DNA of 64,000 nucleotides. It comes from Alkalispirochaeta sp. Its GTDB lineage: Bacteria > Spirochaetota > Spirochaetia > DSM-27196 > Alkalispirochaetaceae. Below are positions 8,420 to 18,979 of this stretch, one piece after another. Under the pieces are notes generated by a model. The model was not told the origin of the DNA, made no database searches, and saw nothing but the letters and a program-made list of their open reading frames with translations. The translations under genes and the position numbers were made by a program. Where the stretch lies: the NCBI GenBank assembly GCA_965242725.1, contig CBDESZ010000025.1:96001-160000 (forward strand), read 5' to 3'. Position 1 is the stretch's first letter; every line of letters starts with the position of its first letter.

Positions 8420-9294
8420 GTCAGATAGTCATATATTCCGTCCTGACCCTCGGCATCGCCGCCGCGGCGTTTGCGACGATATTGTATATCACGGCGCGCA
8501 AGTTCGCCGTGGAAGAAGATCCCCGCGTCTCGGAAGTCTCGGAGATGCTTCCGGGAATCAATTGCGGAGCCTGCGGTTTTCCGGGGTGCCCCGGAATGGC
8601 GGCCGCCCTCGTGGAATCCGCGGACACCGGAGATATTTCCCATCTCAACTGTCCCCCCGGAGGACAGGAGACGATGAAAAGGATCGGGGAATACTTCGGA
8701 CTGGACGCCGGTACCGCCAAGCCGACGGTTGCAGTGCTGCGTTGCGGCGGCAGTTGCGAACTTGCGCCGGCAAAATCGACGTATGACGGACCGAAAAGCT
8801 GCGTCGTCGCCCACGGCACCTTTGCCGGCGAGAGCGGTTGTCCCTTCGGATGTCTCATGCACGGTGATTGCGAAGTTGCCTGTCCCTTTGACGCCATTTC
8901 CATGGACCCCGTGACGGGCCTTCCCGTGGTGGACCAGGAGAAGTGCACAAGTTGCGGCGCCTGTGTGACCGCGTGTCCCCGCAACCTCTTTGAGATTCGC
9001 CCGATAGGGCGACGCAGTCGCCGCGTCTACGTCAACTGTCAGAATACCGAGTCGGCGGTGGTGGCAAAGAAGAACTGTGCCGTCGCGTGCATCGGCTGCG
9101 GCCTGTGCAAGAAAACGTGCGACAACATCGTTCAGGCGATTACCGTGGAAAACAATCTCGCCTATATCGACCCGGACAAATGCATCGCCTGCGGTCAATG
9201 CGTCCCGGTCTGTCCGACCAATGCGATCGTGGCAACCTTTGAACCGCCGAAACCGAAACCGAAAAAAACGGAAAAGGAACCGGCTGCAACCTAA
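8416..9294 (+). CDS. rnfB: Rnf electron transport complex subunit B
   Basis: N-terminal TM; LPGINCGACGFPGC; several CxxCxxCxxxCP ferredoxin motifs. Confidence 0.93.
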   Translation: MSQIVIYSVLTLGIAAAAFATILYITARKFAVEEDPRVSEVSEMLPGINCGACGFPGCPGMAAALVESADTGDISHLNCPPGGQETMKRIGEYFGLDAGTAKPTVAVLRCGGSCELAPAKSTYDGPKSCVVAHGTFAGESGCPFGCLMHGDCEVACPFDAISMDPVTGLPVVDQEKCTSCGACVTACPRNLFEIRPIGRRSRRVYVNCQNTESAVVAKKNCAVACIGCGLCKKTCDNIVQAITVENNLAYIDPDKCIACGQCVPVCPTNAIVATFEPPKPKPKKTEKEPAAT

Positions 9295-9318
9295 CGCAAC
9301 GGAGATCGAGGAGCATAC

Positions 9319-10704
9319 ATGAAGGGACTAAAGACCTTTGAAATCGGCGGAGTCCATCCGCCGGAGAATAAACTGACCGCCCATATGGCAATTCAGACCC
9401 TTTCGCCTCCCAAGCAGGTCGCCATTCCCGTGTCACAGCATATCGGGAAACCGGCGGAACTCGTCGTGGAACGGGGCGCAGAGGTAAAGGTGGGAACGCT
9501 GCTGGCGAAGGCGGCGGGATTCATCTCCGCCCCCGTGCATTCAAGTGTTTCGGGCAAGGTGAAGAAGATCGACACCGTCGTCGATGCCCAGGGGTATCGA
9601 CGACAGGCGGTCCTGATCACCGTGGACGGCGACGAATGGGAGCCTGAAATAGACGCCACCGATGAGCTCAGGGAAGACGTATCCGCCACGGCGCAGGAGA
9701 TCGTGAAAGCTATCGCCGACGCCGGTGTCGTAGGCGCCGGCGGCGCGACATTTCCGACGGCGGTGAAGTACTCAATACCTGAGGGAAAAAAGGTGGACAC
9801 CCTCATCATAAACGGTGTCGAGTGCGAACCCTACCTCACGGCGGACCACCGGATCATGCTCGAGCAGGCGGATGAGCTGATTGTGGGAACGAGAATTCTC
9901 ATGCGTGCCGTTGGAGTTTCGTCCGCATGGATCGGCATTGAAAACAACAAGCCCGACGCAATCGATCACCTCGCGACGGTGCTGGCAAAGAAGAAAGCCG
10001 ACGGTGCCATACCGGAAGGAACTATTGAAGTGCTCCCTCTGGAGGTCAAGTATCCTCAGGGCGGTGAAAAGCAGCTCATCAAGGCCGCCACGGGACGGGA
10101 AGTTCCAAGCGGCAAGCTCCCCCTCGATGTGGGGTGCGTTGTGAGCAACGTAAGCACAACCATTGCCGTCTACCAGGCGGTCCAGAAAAAGCGTCCCTTC
10201 ATCGAGCGGATCGTAACGGTAACGGGGAAACAACTGGTGGCCGCCGGACGGGGCGGCAATTTCAGGGTGCGCATCGGTACACCCCTCCAGGAGCTGGTCG
10301 ACGCCGTCGGCGGAATGCCCGAGGGAACCGGCAAAGTCGTCATGGGCGGTCCGATGACGGGTAAGAGCATTACCAGTTTTGATGTTCCCGTCACCAAGGG
10401 ATCGGGCGGTCTCATTTTTATCGACAACGGCGAAGCGCGGCGTCTGGCGGTGCAGAACTGCATCCGCTGCTCCCGGTGCGTCGGAGCGTGTCCCATGGGA
10501 CTTGAACCGTACCTCCTGGAAAAACTTGTTCAGGCCCAGCAATGGGAAGAGGCCGAACGGGAAGGCGTCATGGACTGTATCGAATGTGGAAGCTGTAATT
10601 TTACCTGCCCCTCCAATCGGCCTATCCTTGACTGGATTCGCCTTGGAAAAGCGCAGGTCGGGGCGATGCAACGTGCCCGAGCCGCCGCGCGGGCGGGAAA
10701 GTAA
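9319..10704 (+). CDS. rnfC: Rnf complex subunit C
   Basis: GGVHPPENK, GAGGATFPT, NGVECEPYLTADHR, KYPQGGEKQL; two 4Fe-4S motifs (CIRCSRC, CIECGSC). Confidence 0.96.
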   Translation: MKGLKTFEIGGVHPPENKLTAHMAIQTLSPPKQVAIPVSQHIGKPAELVVERGAEVKVGTLLAKAAGFISAPVHSSVSGKVKKIDTVVDAQGYRRQAVLITVDGDEWEPEIDATDELREDVSATAQEIVKAIADAGVVGAGGATFPTAVKYSIPEGKKVDTLIINGVECEPYLTADHRIMLEQADELIVGTRILMRAVGVSSAWIGIENNKPDAIDHLATVLAKKKADGAIPEGTIEVLPLEVKYPQGGEKQLIKAATGREVPSGKLPLDVGCVVSNVSTTIAVYQAVQKKRPFIERIVTVTGKQLVAAGRGGNFRVRIGTPLQELVDAVGGMPEGTGKVVMGGPMTGKSITSFDVPVTKGSGGLIFIDNGEARRLAVQNCIRCSRCVGACPMGLEPYLLEKLVQAQQWEEAEREGVMDCIECGSCNFTCPSNRPILDWIRLGKAQVGAMQRARAAARAGK

Positions 10705-10714
10705 GCGAGGAGCT

Positions 10715-11752
10715 ATGAGTAATAGAGAAGCAACACGCGACGGTCTTGTCGTCGCATTGCCGCCTCACGAGCGGAGCGACGTATCGGTAGCCCGGATCAT
10801 GTGGTCCGTGGTTCTGGCGCTGCTGCCCGCCACGCTCGCCGGGGTGATATTTTACGGCATCCGGGCGTTGACGGTGACACTGGTCGCAGTCGGTGCGTCG
10901 GTCCTGGTTGAGCATGTGATCGTCCGCTACGTCTTTAAAAAGGAGACGACAAGCGTCGGAGACGGTTCCGCCGTCGTGACGGGAATGCTCCTGGCATTCA
11001 ATGTTCCCGCGGGAATTCCCCTGTGGCAGGTCATCGTGGGGGCCGTCGTCGCCATCGGCGTCGCCAAGATGGCCTTCGGCGGCATCGGGAACAACCCCTT
11101 CAACCCCGCCCTGGTGGGACGGGCATTCATGCTTGTGAGTTTTCCGGTTGACATGACGACATGGCCCGTACCGGGGGCGCACTCCTTTTTCTCGTGGAAC
11201 ATCGATTCCATAACGGGTGCAACACCGCTCGGTCTCGTGAAGGAAGCGGGCGGGGGAGGACTTGCCGCGGTGGCGGATCAGCTGCCGACATACACGCAGC
11301 TCTTTCTCGGAAATATCGGCGGGTGTATCGGGGAAGTCAGTGCCGTTGCCGTGCTCATCGGCGGCATCTACCTCGTCTGGAAGGGGTACATCCCCTGGAT
11401 GGTACCCCTCGTCTATCTCGGCGGTCTCGCCCTCGTTACGGGCATCGCCTGGATGATCGATCCGGCGACCTATATCGACCCGCTCTACCACATCCTGGCA
11501 GGCGGCGCGATGCTTGGAGCGTGGTTTATGGTCACCGATATGACCACCTCGCCGATGTCCATCCCGGGCCGCATCGTCTTTGCGGCGGCCGCGGGAATCC
11601 TGGCGGGTGTGATCCGGCTCTTTGGCGGGTTCCCCGAAGGGGTGAGCTATTCCATTCTCATCATGAACGCATTTGTGCCCGTCATCGACCGCCACCTGAA
11701 GCCACGAAAGTTCGGCTATCGACCGGTGAAACAGCAAAAAGGAGGCGCGTGA
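10715..11752 (+). CDS. rnfD: Rnf complex subunit D
   Basis: FGGIGNNPFNPALVGR, FMN-site ITGATPL, GCIGEVS, TDMTTSP; SD GAGGAG before ATG 10715. Confidence 0.95.
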   Translation: MSNREATRDGLVVALPPHERSDVSVARIMWSVVLALLPATLAGVIFYGIRALTVTLVAVGASVLVEHVIVRYVFKKETTSVGDGSAVVTGMLLAFNVPAGIPLWQVIVGAVVAIGVAKMAFGGIGNNPFNPALVGRAFMLVSFPVDMTTWPVPGAHSFFSWNIDSITGATPLGLVKEAGGGGLAAVADQLPTYTQLFLGNIGGCIGEVSAVAVLIGGIYLVWKGYIPWMVPLVYLGGLALVTGIAWMIDPATYIDPLYHILAGGAMLGAWFMVTDMTTSPMSIPGRIVFAAAAGILAGVIRLFGGFPEGVSYSILIMNAFVPVIDRHLKPRKFGYRPVKQQKGGA

Positions 11753-12324
11753 TGAAGCGACTGGAATCGACGTTGCTGAACATGTTCCTTGTTCTCACCG
11801 TTATCGCCCTCATTTCGGCGGCGGCGCTGGCCGCGACGTACAACGTTACCAGGCCGATTCTTGACGAACAGGCCCGTCAGCGACAGATAGAGGCAGTTAC
11901 CACGGTCATTCCCGTTCCGTTTGACAACGCTCCGACGGAAGAGGCGCTGTCGCCGACTGACTATCCGGGGATCGAGATATACCCCGCCCGTCAGGGTGGT
12001 CAACCGGTCGGTACGGCCGTCCGGAGTTACAGCAACGACGGGTACGGGGGAACGATTACCATTATGGTCGGCTTTGATCAGGACGGTGCGGTCACCGGTA
12101 CCGCCGTTCTTTCCCATATGGAAACACCGGGACTCGGCGCCAAGATGACGGAGGAGAGTTTCCGCAGCCAGTTTCAGGGAAAGACGGTGAATGACGGGCT
12201 GGCGGTCCGGAAGGACGGCGGCGAGATCGACTCGTTGACCGCCGCAACGATTACGTCCCGCGCCTTTTGCGACGCAATCAATCGGGCGTGGAGCGCCGTT
12301 GAAGCGGCAGGAGGTGAACTATGA
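11752..12324 (+). CDS. rnfG: Rnf complex subunit G
   Basis: N-terminal [19 protein letters not shown] motif [10 protein letters not shown]. Confidence 0.94.
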   Translation: MKRLESTLLNMFLVLTVIALISAAALAATYNVTRPILDEQARQRQIEAVTTVIPVPFDNAPTEEALSPTDYPGIEIYPARQGGQPVGTAVRSYSNDGYGGTITIMVGFDQDGAVTGTAVLSHMETPGLGAKMTEESFRSQFQGKTVNDGLAVRKDGGEIDSLTAATITSRAFCDAINRAWSAVEAAGGEL

Positions 12325-12989
12325 GCGACACAAGTTTGAAAAGGGAGTTCTTCAAGGGCTTCCTGAAAGAGAATCCTGTTTTTGTTTTGCTGCTGGGTAT
12401 GTGTCCCACCCTGGGAGTGACCTCCAGCGCAATCAACGGACTCGGTATGGGGCTGGCCACGACGGTAGTCCTCCTGGGCAGCAATATCGTGGTAGCTCTG
12501 GTGAAGGACCTTATCCCCGAGAAGGTGCGTATTCCCGCCTTTATCGTCATTATCGCGAGTTTCGTGACCATCATCGACCTCACTATGGCGGCGTACGTAC
12601 CGACGTTGCATGCCCAGCTGGGGCTCTTCATTCCCCTGATCGTCGTTAACTGTATCATTCTCGGCCGTGCCGAGGCGTTTGCAAGTAAAAATACCGTCAT
12701 CGCGTCGGTCGTTGATGGTCTCGGAATGGGGCTCGGCTTCAGTTTCGCCCTGACCCTTCTCGGCGCCGTCCGGGAGATTCTTGGCGCCGGCGCGATTTTC
12801 GACCTGCCTATTCCCGTCCTTTCCGATAACCCCATGCTGGTATTTGTCATGCCTCCGGGAGCGTTTCTCGCTTTGGGTTTTCTCATCGCCGGGGTAAACA
12901 CACTTCGTGAAAAGGTTGAAGAGCTGGCCGAGCGGAAGGCGACCTCCGTCGCGGCAGAGACGCCGCAGAAAACGGGAGCCGGCGCATAG
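12321..12989 (+). CDS. rnfE: Rnf complex subunit E
   Basis: [34 protein letters not shown]. Confidence 0.95.
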   Translation: MSDTSLKREFFKGFLKENPVFVLLLGMCPTLGVTSSAINGLGMGLATTVVLLGSNIVVALVKDLIPEKVRIPAFIVIIASFVTIIDLTMAAYVPTLHAQLGLFIPLIVVNCIILGRAEAFASKNTVIASVVDGLGMGLGFSFALTLLGAVREILGAGAIFDLPIPVLSDNPMLVFVMPPGAFLALGFLIAGVNTLREKVEELAERKATSVAAETPQKTGAGA

Positions 12990-13009
12990 CGCCGAAAAGG
13001 AGAAGAGTT

Positions 13010-13582
13010 GTGGAATACCTGATTATCATAATTGGCGCCGTTCTGGTGAACAATATCGTACTTGCCCAGTTTCTCGGAATCTGCCCCTTTCTCGGTGTGA
13101 GCAGCCGGTTGTCCACCGCCGTAGGTATGGGCATGGCGGTCATCTTTGTCATGACGATGGCGACAATTGCGACCCATCTCATTCAGAATCTTATTCTCGT
13201 TCCCCTGGGACTGACCTTTCTGCAGACCGTTGCATTCATTCTCGTCATCGCCTCGCTGGTGCAACTTGTGGAAATTGTTCTGAAAAAGGTGAGTCCCGCC
13301 CTCTATCAGGCGCTGGGGGTCTTCCTCCCGCTGATCACGACGAACTGTGCCATTCTCGGTGTAGCGATCCTCGTTGTGGGACGTGGCTTTACGTTGGGTG
13401 AAGGCGTCGTCTTTGCCATCGGCAGCAGCGTCGGGTTTATGCTCGCCCTCTATATTTTTGCGGGTATTCGGGAGAAGCTGGCCCTTCTTGACGTTCCCAG
13501 GGCAATGAAGGGCGCTCCCATTTCACTCGTTACGGCGGGACTGCTTGCCCTTGCCTTCGGCGGATTTACGGGGCTGGTATAA
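13010..13582 (+). CDS. rnfA: Rnf complex subunit A
   Basis: NNIVLAQFLGICPFLGVS; LPLITTNCAILG. Confidence 0.95.
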   Translation: MEYLIIIIGAVLVNNIVLAQFLGICPFLGVSSRLSTAVGMGMAVIFVMTMATIATHLIQNLILVPLGLTFLQTVAFILVIASLVQLVEIVLKKVSPALYQALGVFLPLITTNCAILGVAILVVGRGFTLGEGVVFAIGSSVGFMLALYIFAGIREKLALLDVPRAMKGAPISLVTAGLLALAFGGFTGLV

Positions 13583-13627
13583 GATCGTCTCCTTTATCGC
13601 GGCGCCGTAAAAAGGTAGAATATGTTC

Positions 13628-14176
13628 ATGCGATTTGAAGCACGTCGGAATGCCAACTACCTTCGCACGGTGCTTGTCATCGCCGGCGCCTTTTCAATCT
13701 TTACCGTTCTGTCCTTTGTCATCGGCGGCCCCGCAACGGGGCAGTTGATGCTCATCATCTCGGGGGTGCTGCTTATCTACTTTTCATTCACCCAGGGAAA
13801 GATAGGATGGTGGTACGAGATTGATAAGTCGTCGGTTGTGGTAAAACGAACTCTCAAGAGATACACCATAAAAGGCTCATCCATCCGGAAGGTGACGAAG
13901 GTCGGGTGGTCCGGCGTGTGGGAACGGATCAGGCGCTATCGCGCCGGCGAACGTCCCGATCCGTCCGGCTCTTCTGAAAGTCTGATGGTTAGCCTGGGAC
14001 GCTATATCGGCTTCAGTGCGGTTACCGTCCCCATTCGCGGCCGGCAGCCCGCCGGGCAAAATGAGTTCATCATCATCACCCTCAACGGCGGTCGTGAGTA
14101 CGTTCTCAGTCCCGCGGACCCTGCGCTCTTCCTGAAGGAGTGTCAGCGCATGATAAGCCGCAGCCGGGAACGGTAA
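13628..14176 (+). CDS. Hypothetical membrane protein, 2 TM plus a possible bacterial PH-like domain
   Basis: Two TM helices, then YEIDKSSVVVKR and YVLSPADPALF. Start placed 6 nt after TAGAAT; alternative start 13622. Confidence 0.6.
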   Translation: MRFEARRNANYLRTVLVIAGAFSIFTVLSFVIGGPATGQLMLIISGVLLIYFSFTQGKIGWWYEIDKSSVVVKRTLKRYTIKGSSIRKVTKVGWSGVWERIRRYRAGERPDPSGSSESLMVSLGRYIGFSAVTVPIRGRQPAGQNEFIIITLNGGREYVLSPADPALFLKECQRMISRSRER

Positions 14177-14235
14177 ACCCGCGGCCGCGGCGTGGCAGCC
14201 GCACAGCAGCTGCGCCCTTCAACCCGCCACAGAAT

Positions 14236-15210
14236 TCAGGACTGTCCTACCAGCGCCTTTATGTACTGGAGGCGTTCAAATGACTCCGGTTTGTCGCTTC
14301 TCTTTTGACTCAACCGCCCCCGAAAGGAATCAATGGATTCAAAGTTCTGCTTGCTCATCCACTCGGACAATTCACTGTTCAGACGGGTGAGATGGTCATA
14401 CCCGTTCTTATAGAGGGTGGAACATACCTGCGTCACCTGGGCGCCCGCCAGCAGCGCCTTCACCGCGTCTTTTCCCTGGTGTATCCCGCTTGATGCGGCG
14501 AGCTCGGCCTGGGTCTTTCCGTAGAGCATCGTGATCCACCGCAGGGGAAGGGCAAGATCGTTGGGCGTGCTCATGGGAGATCCGCTCTTGAGTTTCAGTT
14601 TATCAATATCGATATCGAGCTGGTAGAAGCGGTTAAAGAGAACAACCGCCCGTGCCCCGGCCCAGATGAGGGCGTCGACGACGGCGGGAATTGACGTGAA
14701 GTGATACCCGATCTTGACGGAAATTGGAATGTCTACCGTTTTTGCAACGGTTTCGACGGTCTTGATGTAGAAATCGAGAATCGCCGCTTCGCTGTCCTTG
14801 TAGTCGTAGGGCATGAGGGCGATATTGAGCTCGATCGCGTCGGCGCCGGCTTCCGCCAGTGCGGGAACGTGTTTTTCCCACCAGTTGCGGGTGACCGCGT
14901 TGACGCTGGCGATGACCGGAATCGACGTCGCTGCCTTGGCGTCACGAATCAATGTGGTGTATCGTTTCAGACCGGCACCGGTCTGTATTTCCCGGATGTA
15001 GTCGATCGCTTCGGTATGTTCCGTTCCGGCCATGTCGGCGTCGATTTCCGCCTGTATTTCCTCTTCGAAGAGTGATTTGAGTACAACCGCTCCCGCACCG
15101 TTGGCTTCGCATTTTTTGACCTTGTCGGGGGAATCGGTCAGGCTGGAGCTGGAAACGACAAAAGGGTTTTTGAGTTCAAGACCCATGTACTTTACGCGTG
15201 TATCTGTCAT
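14236..15210 (-). CDS. Dihydroorotate dehydrogenase-like flavoprotein
   Basis: YMGLELKNP, GAGAVVLKSLFEEEI, GADAIELN, VLFNRFYQLDID, FERLQYIK. Confidence 0.9.
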   Translation of the reverse strand: MTDTRVKYMGLELKNPFVVSSSSLTDSPDKVKKCEANGAGAVVLKSLFEEEIQAEIDADMAGTEHTEAIDYIREIQTGAGLKRYTTLIRDAKAATSIPVIASVNAVTRNWWEKHVPALAEAGADAIELNIALMPYDYKDSEAAILDFYIKTVETVAKTVDIPISVKIGYHFTSIPAVVDALIWAGARAVVLFNRFYQLDIDIDKLKLKSGSPMSTPNDLALPLRWITMLYGKTQAELAASSGIHQGKDAVKALLAGAQVTQVCSTLYKNGYDHLTRLNSELSEWMSKQNFESIDSFRGRLSQKRSDKPESFERLQYIKALVGQS

Positions 15211-15359
15211 GTGAAATCCTTCCAGGATGTGGATTTACCCATGGTAGTCGGGATCGGTGACGGTGTCAATTCGTCGGCAGCGACGGGTGCCGCCACTTGG
15301 CACCGGTCAAAATTATATATATACTATATATAAATAACACAACGCAGCAGGAGCATTGA

Positions 15360-16307
15360 ATGGAAACTGAAAAACTTATAATTGTCGGTTCCGGTCCGGC
15401 GGGACATACCGCGGCGGTTTACGCTGCGCGAGCCGAATTGACACCCCTCATGTTTGAGGGATTTATGGCAGGAGGCGTCGCCGCAGGCGGTCAGCTTACC
15501 ACCACAACGGAGGTGGAAAACTACCCCGGCTTTCCGGAAGGGATTTCGGGACCGGTTCTGATGGACGACATGCGCAAACAGAGCGCCCGTTTCGGAACGA
15601 GGATAAAAACGGCGACCGTGGATTCCGTGGATCTTTCCAGGAGGCCCTTTAAAGTCGTCTCGGGAAAAAACGAGTTCCTTGCGCAGTCGCTCATCATAGC
15701 CACCGGCGCAACGGCAAAACGTCTGGGTCTGCCCGGCGAGGATCAGTACTGGCAGCGCGGCATGAGCGCATGTGCCGTCTGTGACGGTGCCCTCCCGATC
15801 TTCCGCAACAAACCGCTCGTCGTCATCGGCGGTGGGGACTCCGCATGTGAAGAGGCGAGTTACCTTGCAAAGTTCGGCAGCAAGGTGACGATGCTTGTAC
15901 GCCGGGATGTCTTTCGCGCCTCCAAGGCGATGCAGAAGCGCGTCTTCGACAACCCCAGGATCGAGGTGATGTGGAACCACAACGCCGTTGAAGTGATGGG
16001 AGACGGCAAGCTGCTCACCCATGTAAAGGTGAAGAACAACGTCAACGGAGAAGAGGCGGTCATTGAAGCGGGGGGGCTCTTCTACGCCATCGGCCACACT
16101 CCCAACACCGACTTCCTTGCCGGGCAGCTTGAGATGGATGAAACGGGGTACATCATTACCAGGGGCAAGTCGACGGCGACCAGCGTTCCCGGCGTATTTG
16201 CGGCGGGGGACGTCCAGGACAGAACGTACCGTCAGGCGGTGACCGCCGCCGGCACCGGCTGCATGGCCGCCCTGGAAGCTGAGAAATTCCTCGTCGAGGA
16301 AGAGTAG
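15360..16307 (+). CDS. trxB: Thioredoxin-disulfide reductase
   Basis: [26 protein letters not shown] active site, [21 protein letters not shown]. Confidence 0.97.
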   Translation: METEKLIIVGSGPAGHTAAVYAARAELTPLMFEGFMAGGVAAGGQLTTTTEVENYPGFPEGISGPVLMDDMRKQSARFGTRIKTATVDSVDLSRRPFKVVSGKNEFLAQSLIIATGATAKRLGLPGEDQYWQRGMSACAVCDGALPIFRNKPLVVIGGGDSACEEASYLAKFGSKVTMLVRRDVFRASKAMQKRVFDNPRIEVMWNHNAVEVMGDGKLLTHVKVKNNVNGEEAVIEAGGLFYAIGHTPNTDFLAGQLEMDETGYIITRGKSTATSVPGVFAAGDVQDRTYRQAVTAAGTGCMAALEAEKFLVEEE

Positions 16308-16353
16308 CGGCGCAGCCTACCGGTGCGGCGCAGCCGAAAGGTACGGCGCAGCC
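16308..16353. repeat. Three copies of CGGCGCAGCC at 18-bp period between convergent genes
   Basis: Copies at 16308-16317, 16326-16335 and 16344-16353. Confidence 0.75.
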
Positions 16354-17162
16354 TACAGATACCGTCGGGGTTCTTCATCGATGACCCCGGCGGTAAGCTC
16401 AATGTACGATTTGGCGGGACTCATGTTGAGTTTGGGGAAGAGAACCTCTTCGACCTGAAAAAAGCCGACCGACTGAGACATTTCGATATCAATTCCGATG
16501 GGACGTTCCTTCCCCTTTCCGATCGTGATTCGTTCAACGGCGGAAGATGAGTATTTGTGAATATCTCCCACCCGTGCTTCCGCATTGATCAGCATGGGAA
16601 TGCGGGCACGCCCCTTTTCCATGTCGCAGCCGTCCGCGATCAGAATGAGACCCGCTTCCAGTGAGTGAATTTTAATGCCCGCCATGTGACCGACGATCGC
16701 CTCGATGATCATAGAGCGCAGGATTACCCGTTTTTCAACATTCCCCGGATAGAGGCGTTCAAGATACCGCTGGATGATCGGTGTCGCCAGCTGGGCGCTG
16801 TAATTTTCGTGATCCTGTCTGGTGACGGACATACCGATATCGTGGAGCAAACCCGCCGTAAAGAGGACGAAGACGCTGTCTTCAAAGGTTCCTATCTCCT
16901 CTTCCTCCAGACTCATGGCGATATGCGCTTCCTGGAGAAGGTTGGCAAATTTCAGGGCGTTTTTCACCACTTTTCGCATGTGGACCGGTCCGTGATCGTT
17001 ATAACCCAGGCGTTTGATGCTTACCACATTGGCAAAGTCCTGAAGTGCCTTGATCTCCTCGTCATGGAGCATCTCTTCGGCGAGGGGGGTGAGTACCGGC
17101 GGAACGAGCTCAAGGAGCCGTCGATCCAGACTGATCTCTTTCGGTGATTTCTGTAAGTTCAT
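16353..17162 (-). CDS. HD-domain metal-dependent phosphohydrolase
   Basis: RLGYNDHGPVH, LLHDIGM, IADGCDMEKGRARIP, DIHKYS. Confidence 0.88.
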   Translation of the reverse strand: MNLQKSPKEISLDRRLLELVPPVLTPLAEEMLHDEEIKALQDFANVVSIKRLGYNDHGPVHMRKVVKNALKFANLLQEAHIAMSLEEEEIGTFEDSVFVLFTAGLLHDIGMSVTRQDHENYSAQLATPIIQRYLERLYPGNVEKRVILRSMIIEAIVGHMAGIKIHSLEAGLILIADGCDMEKGRARIPMLINAEARVGDIHKYSSSAVERITIGKGKERPIGIDIEMSQSVGFFQVEEVLFPKLNMSPAKSYIELTAGVIDEEPRRYL

Positions 17163-17263
17163 CACCAAAAGGATACACATCTGCGGGAGAGAGGGGAATA
17201 CGGCCCGCCGAGATTGGCGTGATGGTACTTTTGGTCCGGTCGTTCAATTCCGATAGTAATAAC

Positions 17264-18979
17264 ATGGGAACGACGATTGGATCGCAAGATTCCGGCACTG
17301 CGGTGTCCGGGGAGATACAGACGCGACTGCGGGAGAAAAGTATCGCCGTCGGATCGGGCAAGGGAGGCGTCGGCAAATCGACGACTGCACTAAACGTAGC
17401 TCTTCTCCTCGCCAAACAGGGCAGGCGGGTTGGGCTTCTCGACCTTGACCCGCTGTCAAACGTGACGGTCATCCTCGATGTCCCGGAAGAGCGTCTCGCG
17501 ACTGTGCAGAAGGAACAGAGCCATCATGCGGGGTTGGACGATTTTGTCCTGCCCTACAGTGAGACCCTGGATATCGTATTTCCCCACGCCGGGACCGCCG
17601 ACGGCGGACGGAAGGTCGTTCTCTTCTCGCGGTTTGCCGCCGATCTTGCCGAGCGGTACGACGTCATGGTATGGGACATGCCGGCGGGGATCAACGCGGA
17701 GGAGAACTTGAGTTTTCTACCCTTTGTGGGGAGTCTCCTGCTTGTCACCAACGCGGAGCCCACCGCCCATGTGTCCGCGGGCGGCTATTTGCGCAGCGTC
17801 TTCGAAATACGGCCGGATATGCCCGTTCATGTATGGCATAACCGATATCGCCCCGCCGGAGAAAGCGGATTTGACCCCCGCGCGGTGGTGGCAAACTACA
17901 ACCGTTATGTTGAAGAGCCGCTCCAAATCCGACCCGAGGAAGAAGAGAATATAACCGACATCGCATTTGTACCCCCCGATCCGGCGCTCAACCTACTGCA
18001 AACGGAGCTGGACCCCACCGTAACGATATACAGCAAGCTTCGGGAGAGTATCGGACTCGTCTTTGACCAGCTCGTGCGCCGGGCGGTTACACCTATTTCG
18101 GCCGGATCCAGGAGCAAGGACCTTATCGCCTACTTTGTGACTCACACGCCCCATATTGCAAACGTTGAATCCTATATCAGGGACCTGGATACATTTCTCG
18201 CGGGGGTTCTTCACGCCGAAGAACGGCGACGGCTGAAGGAGCTGCATGGAAAGCTCAACAGAAGCGGCGATCTGACGGTTCTGTCTGTCCGGCAGGAGCG
18301 GGACGTCCGTGCGATGGTATCCCGGCTGCAGGGTGACGAGTTGTACACCGAACTGACGAGGGTGATGCGTGTCCTTGATGACGCGCTCGAGGCGATCGCA
18401 GGATCGCAGCGGGGCTTCATGCAGCAGAGCGGACTCGACCATCCCCGCATTGTGCGTGGCATCGTTCCGCGTATGTTGAGTCTCATCGCGGCGGAGATCG
18501 ACGACGTCGATGATTCCCTGCAGGATTCGTCCCGGCTGGGAGTCTTTGCCCGCAACGCCGCCGCCGTCGCCCTCTTTCTCATCGCCGCGGACAAAGAGTT
18601 TGACGATGCCGAAACCAGGGAGCTTCTCCGGCGCCTCGTTCCCGAAAAAGGGTCGAAACGGGATCGGTATACCCAGATCAGGCGCATCCTCGCCAGAGAC
18701 GAGGGGTATCACCGCCTCTTCTATCAGGTGGTGCGCACCGTGTTTCCCGGCATTACGAGGCGGATTTCCGCGCTGAACCAGCGCTTTTCCCTTGCGCCCC
18801 TGCTTCTGAGAAAAGACGACGGAGAGATCAATGCGCCGGCGTATGTAAAGCTGAGCACCCACCTTCTCCACGACGTGGTGAACGGCGGACTGGGTATTTC
18901 CATAAGCGCAACCTACAACGCCGCGAGTCAGGCGATGAGAAGCGGTGTGGATCGTCTCGTCACGCTGCGGTCATGGTGA
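17264..18979 (+). CDS. MinD/ParA/FlhG-family P-loop ATPase with a long C-terminal extension
   Basis: Deviant Walker A GSGKGGVGKST, DLDPLSN, DMPAG, VTNAEPTA, followed by about 300 aa of apparently helical sequence of unknown function. Confidence 0.8.
   Translation: MGTTIGSQDSGTAVSGEIQTRLREKSIAVGSGKGGVGKSTTALNVALLLAKQGRRVGLLDLDPLSNVTVILDVPEERLATVQKEQSHHAGLDDFVLPYSETLDIVFPHAGTADGGRKVVLFSRFAADLAERYDVMVWDMPAGINAEENLSFLPFVGSLLLVTNAEPTAHVSAGGYLRSVFEIRPDMPVHVWHNRYRPAGESGFDPRAVVANYNRYVEEPLQIRPEEEENITDIAFVPPDPALNLLQTELDPTVTIYSKLRESIGLVFDQLVRRAVTPISAGSRSKDLIAYFVTHTPHIANVESYIRDLDTFLAGVLHAEERRRLKELHGKLNRSGDLTVLSVRQERDVRAMVSRLQGDELYTELTRVMRVLDDALEAIAGSQRGFMQQSGLDHPRIVRGIVPRMLSLIAAEIDDVDDSLQDSSRLGVFARNAAAVALFLIAADKEFDDAETRELLRRLVPEKGSKRDRYTQIRRILARDEGYHRLFYQVVRTVFPGITRRISALNQRFSLAPLLLRKDDGEINAPAYVKLSTHLLHDVVNGGLGISISATYNAASQAMRSGVDRLVTLRSW

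Noticed and set aside
15298..15313. TTGGCAC upstream of trxB as a sigma54 promoter
   Set aside because: There is no GC at the -12 position (TGGCACCGGTCAAAA).
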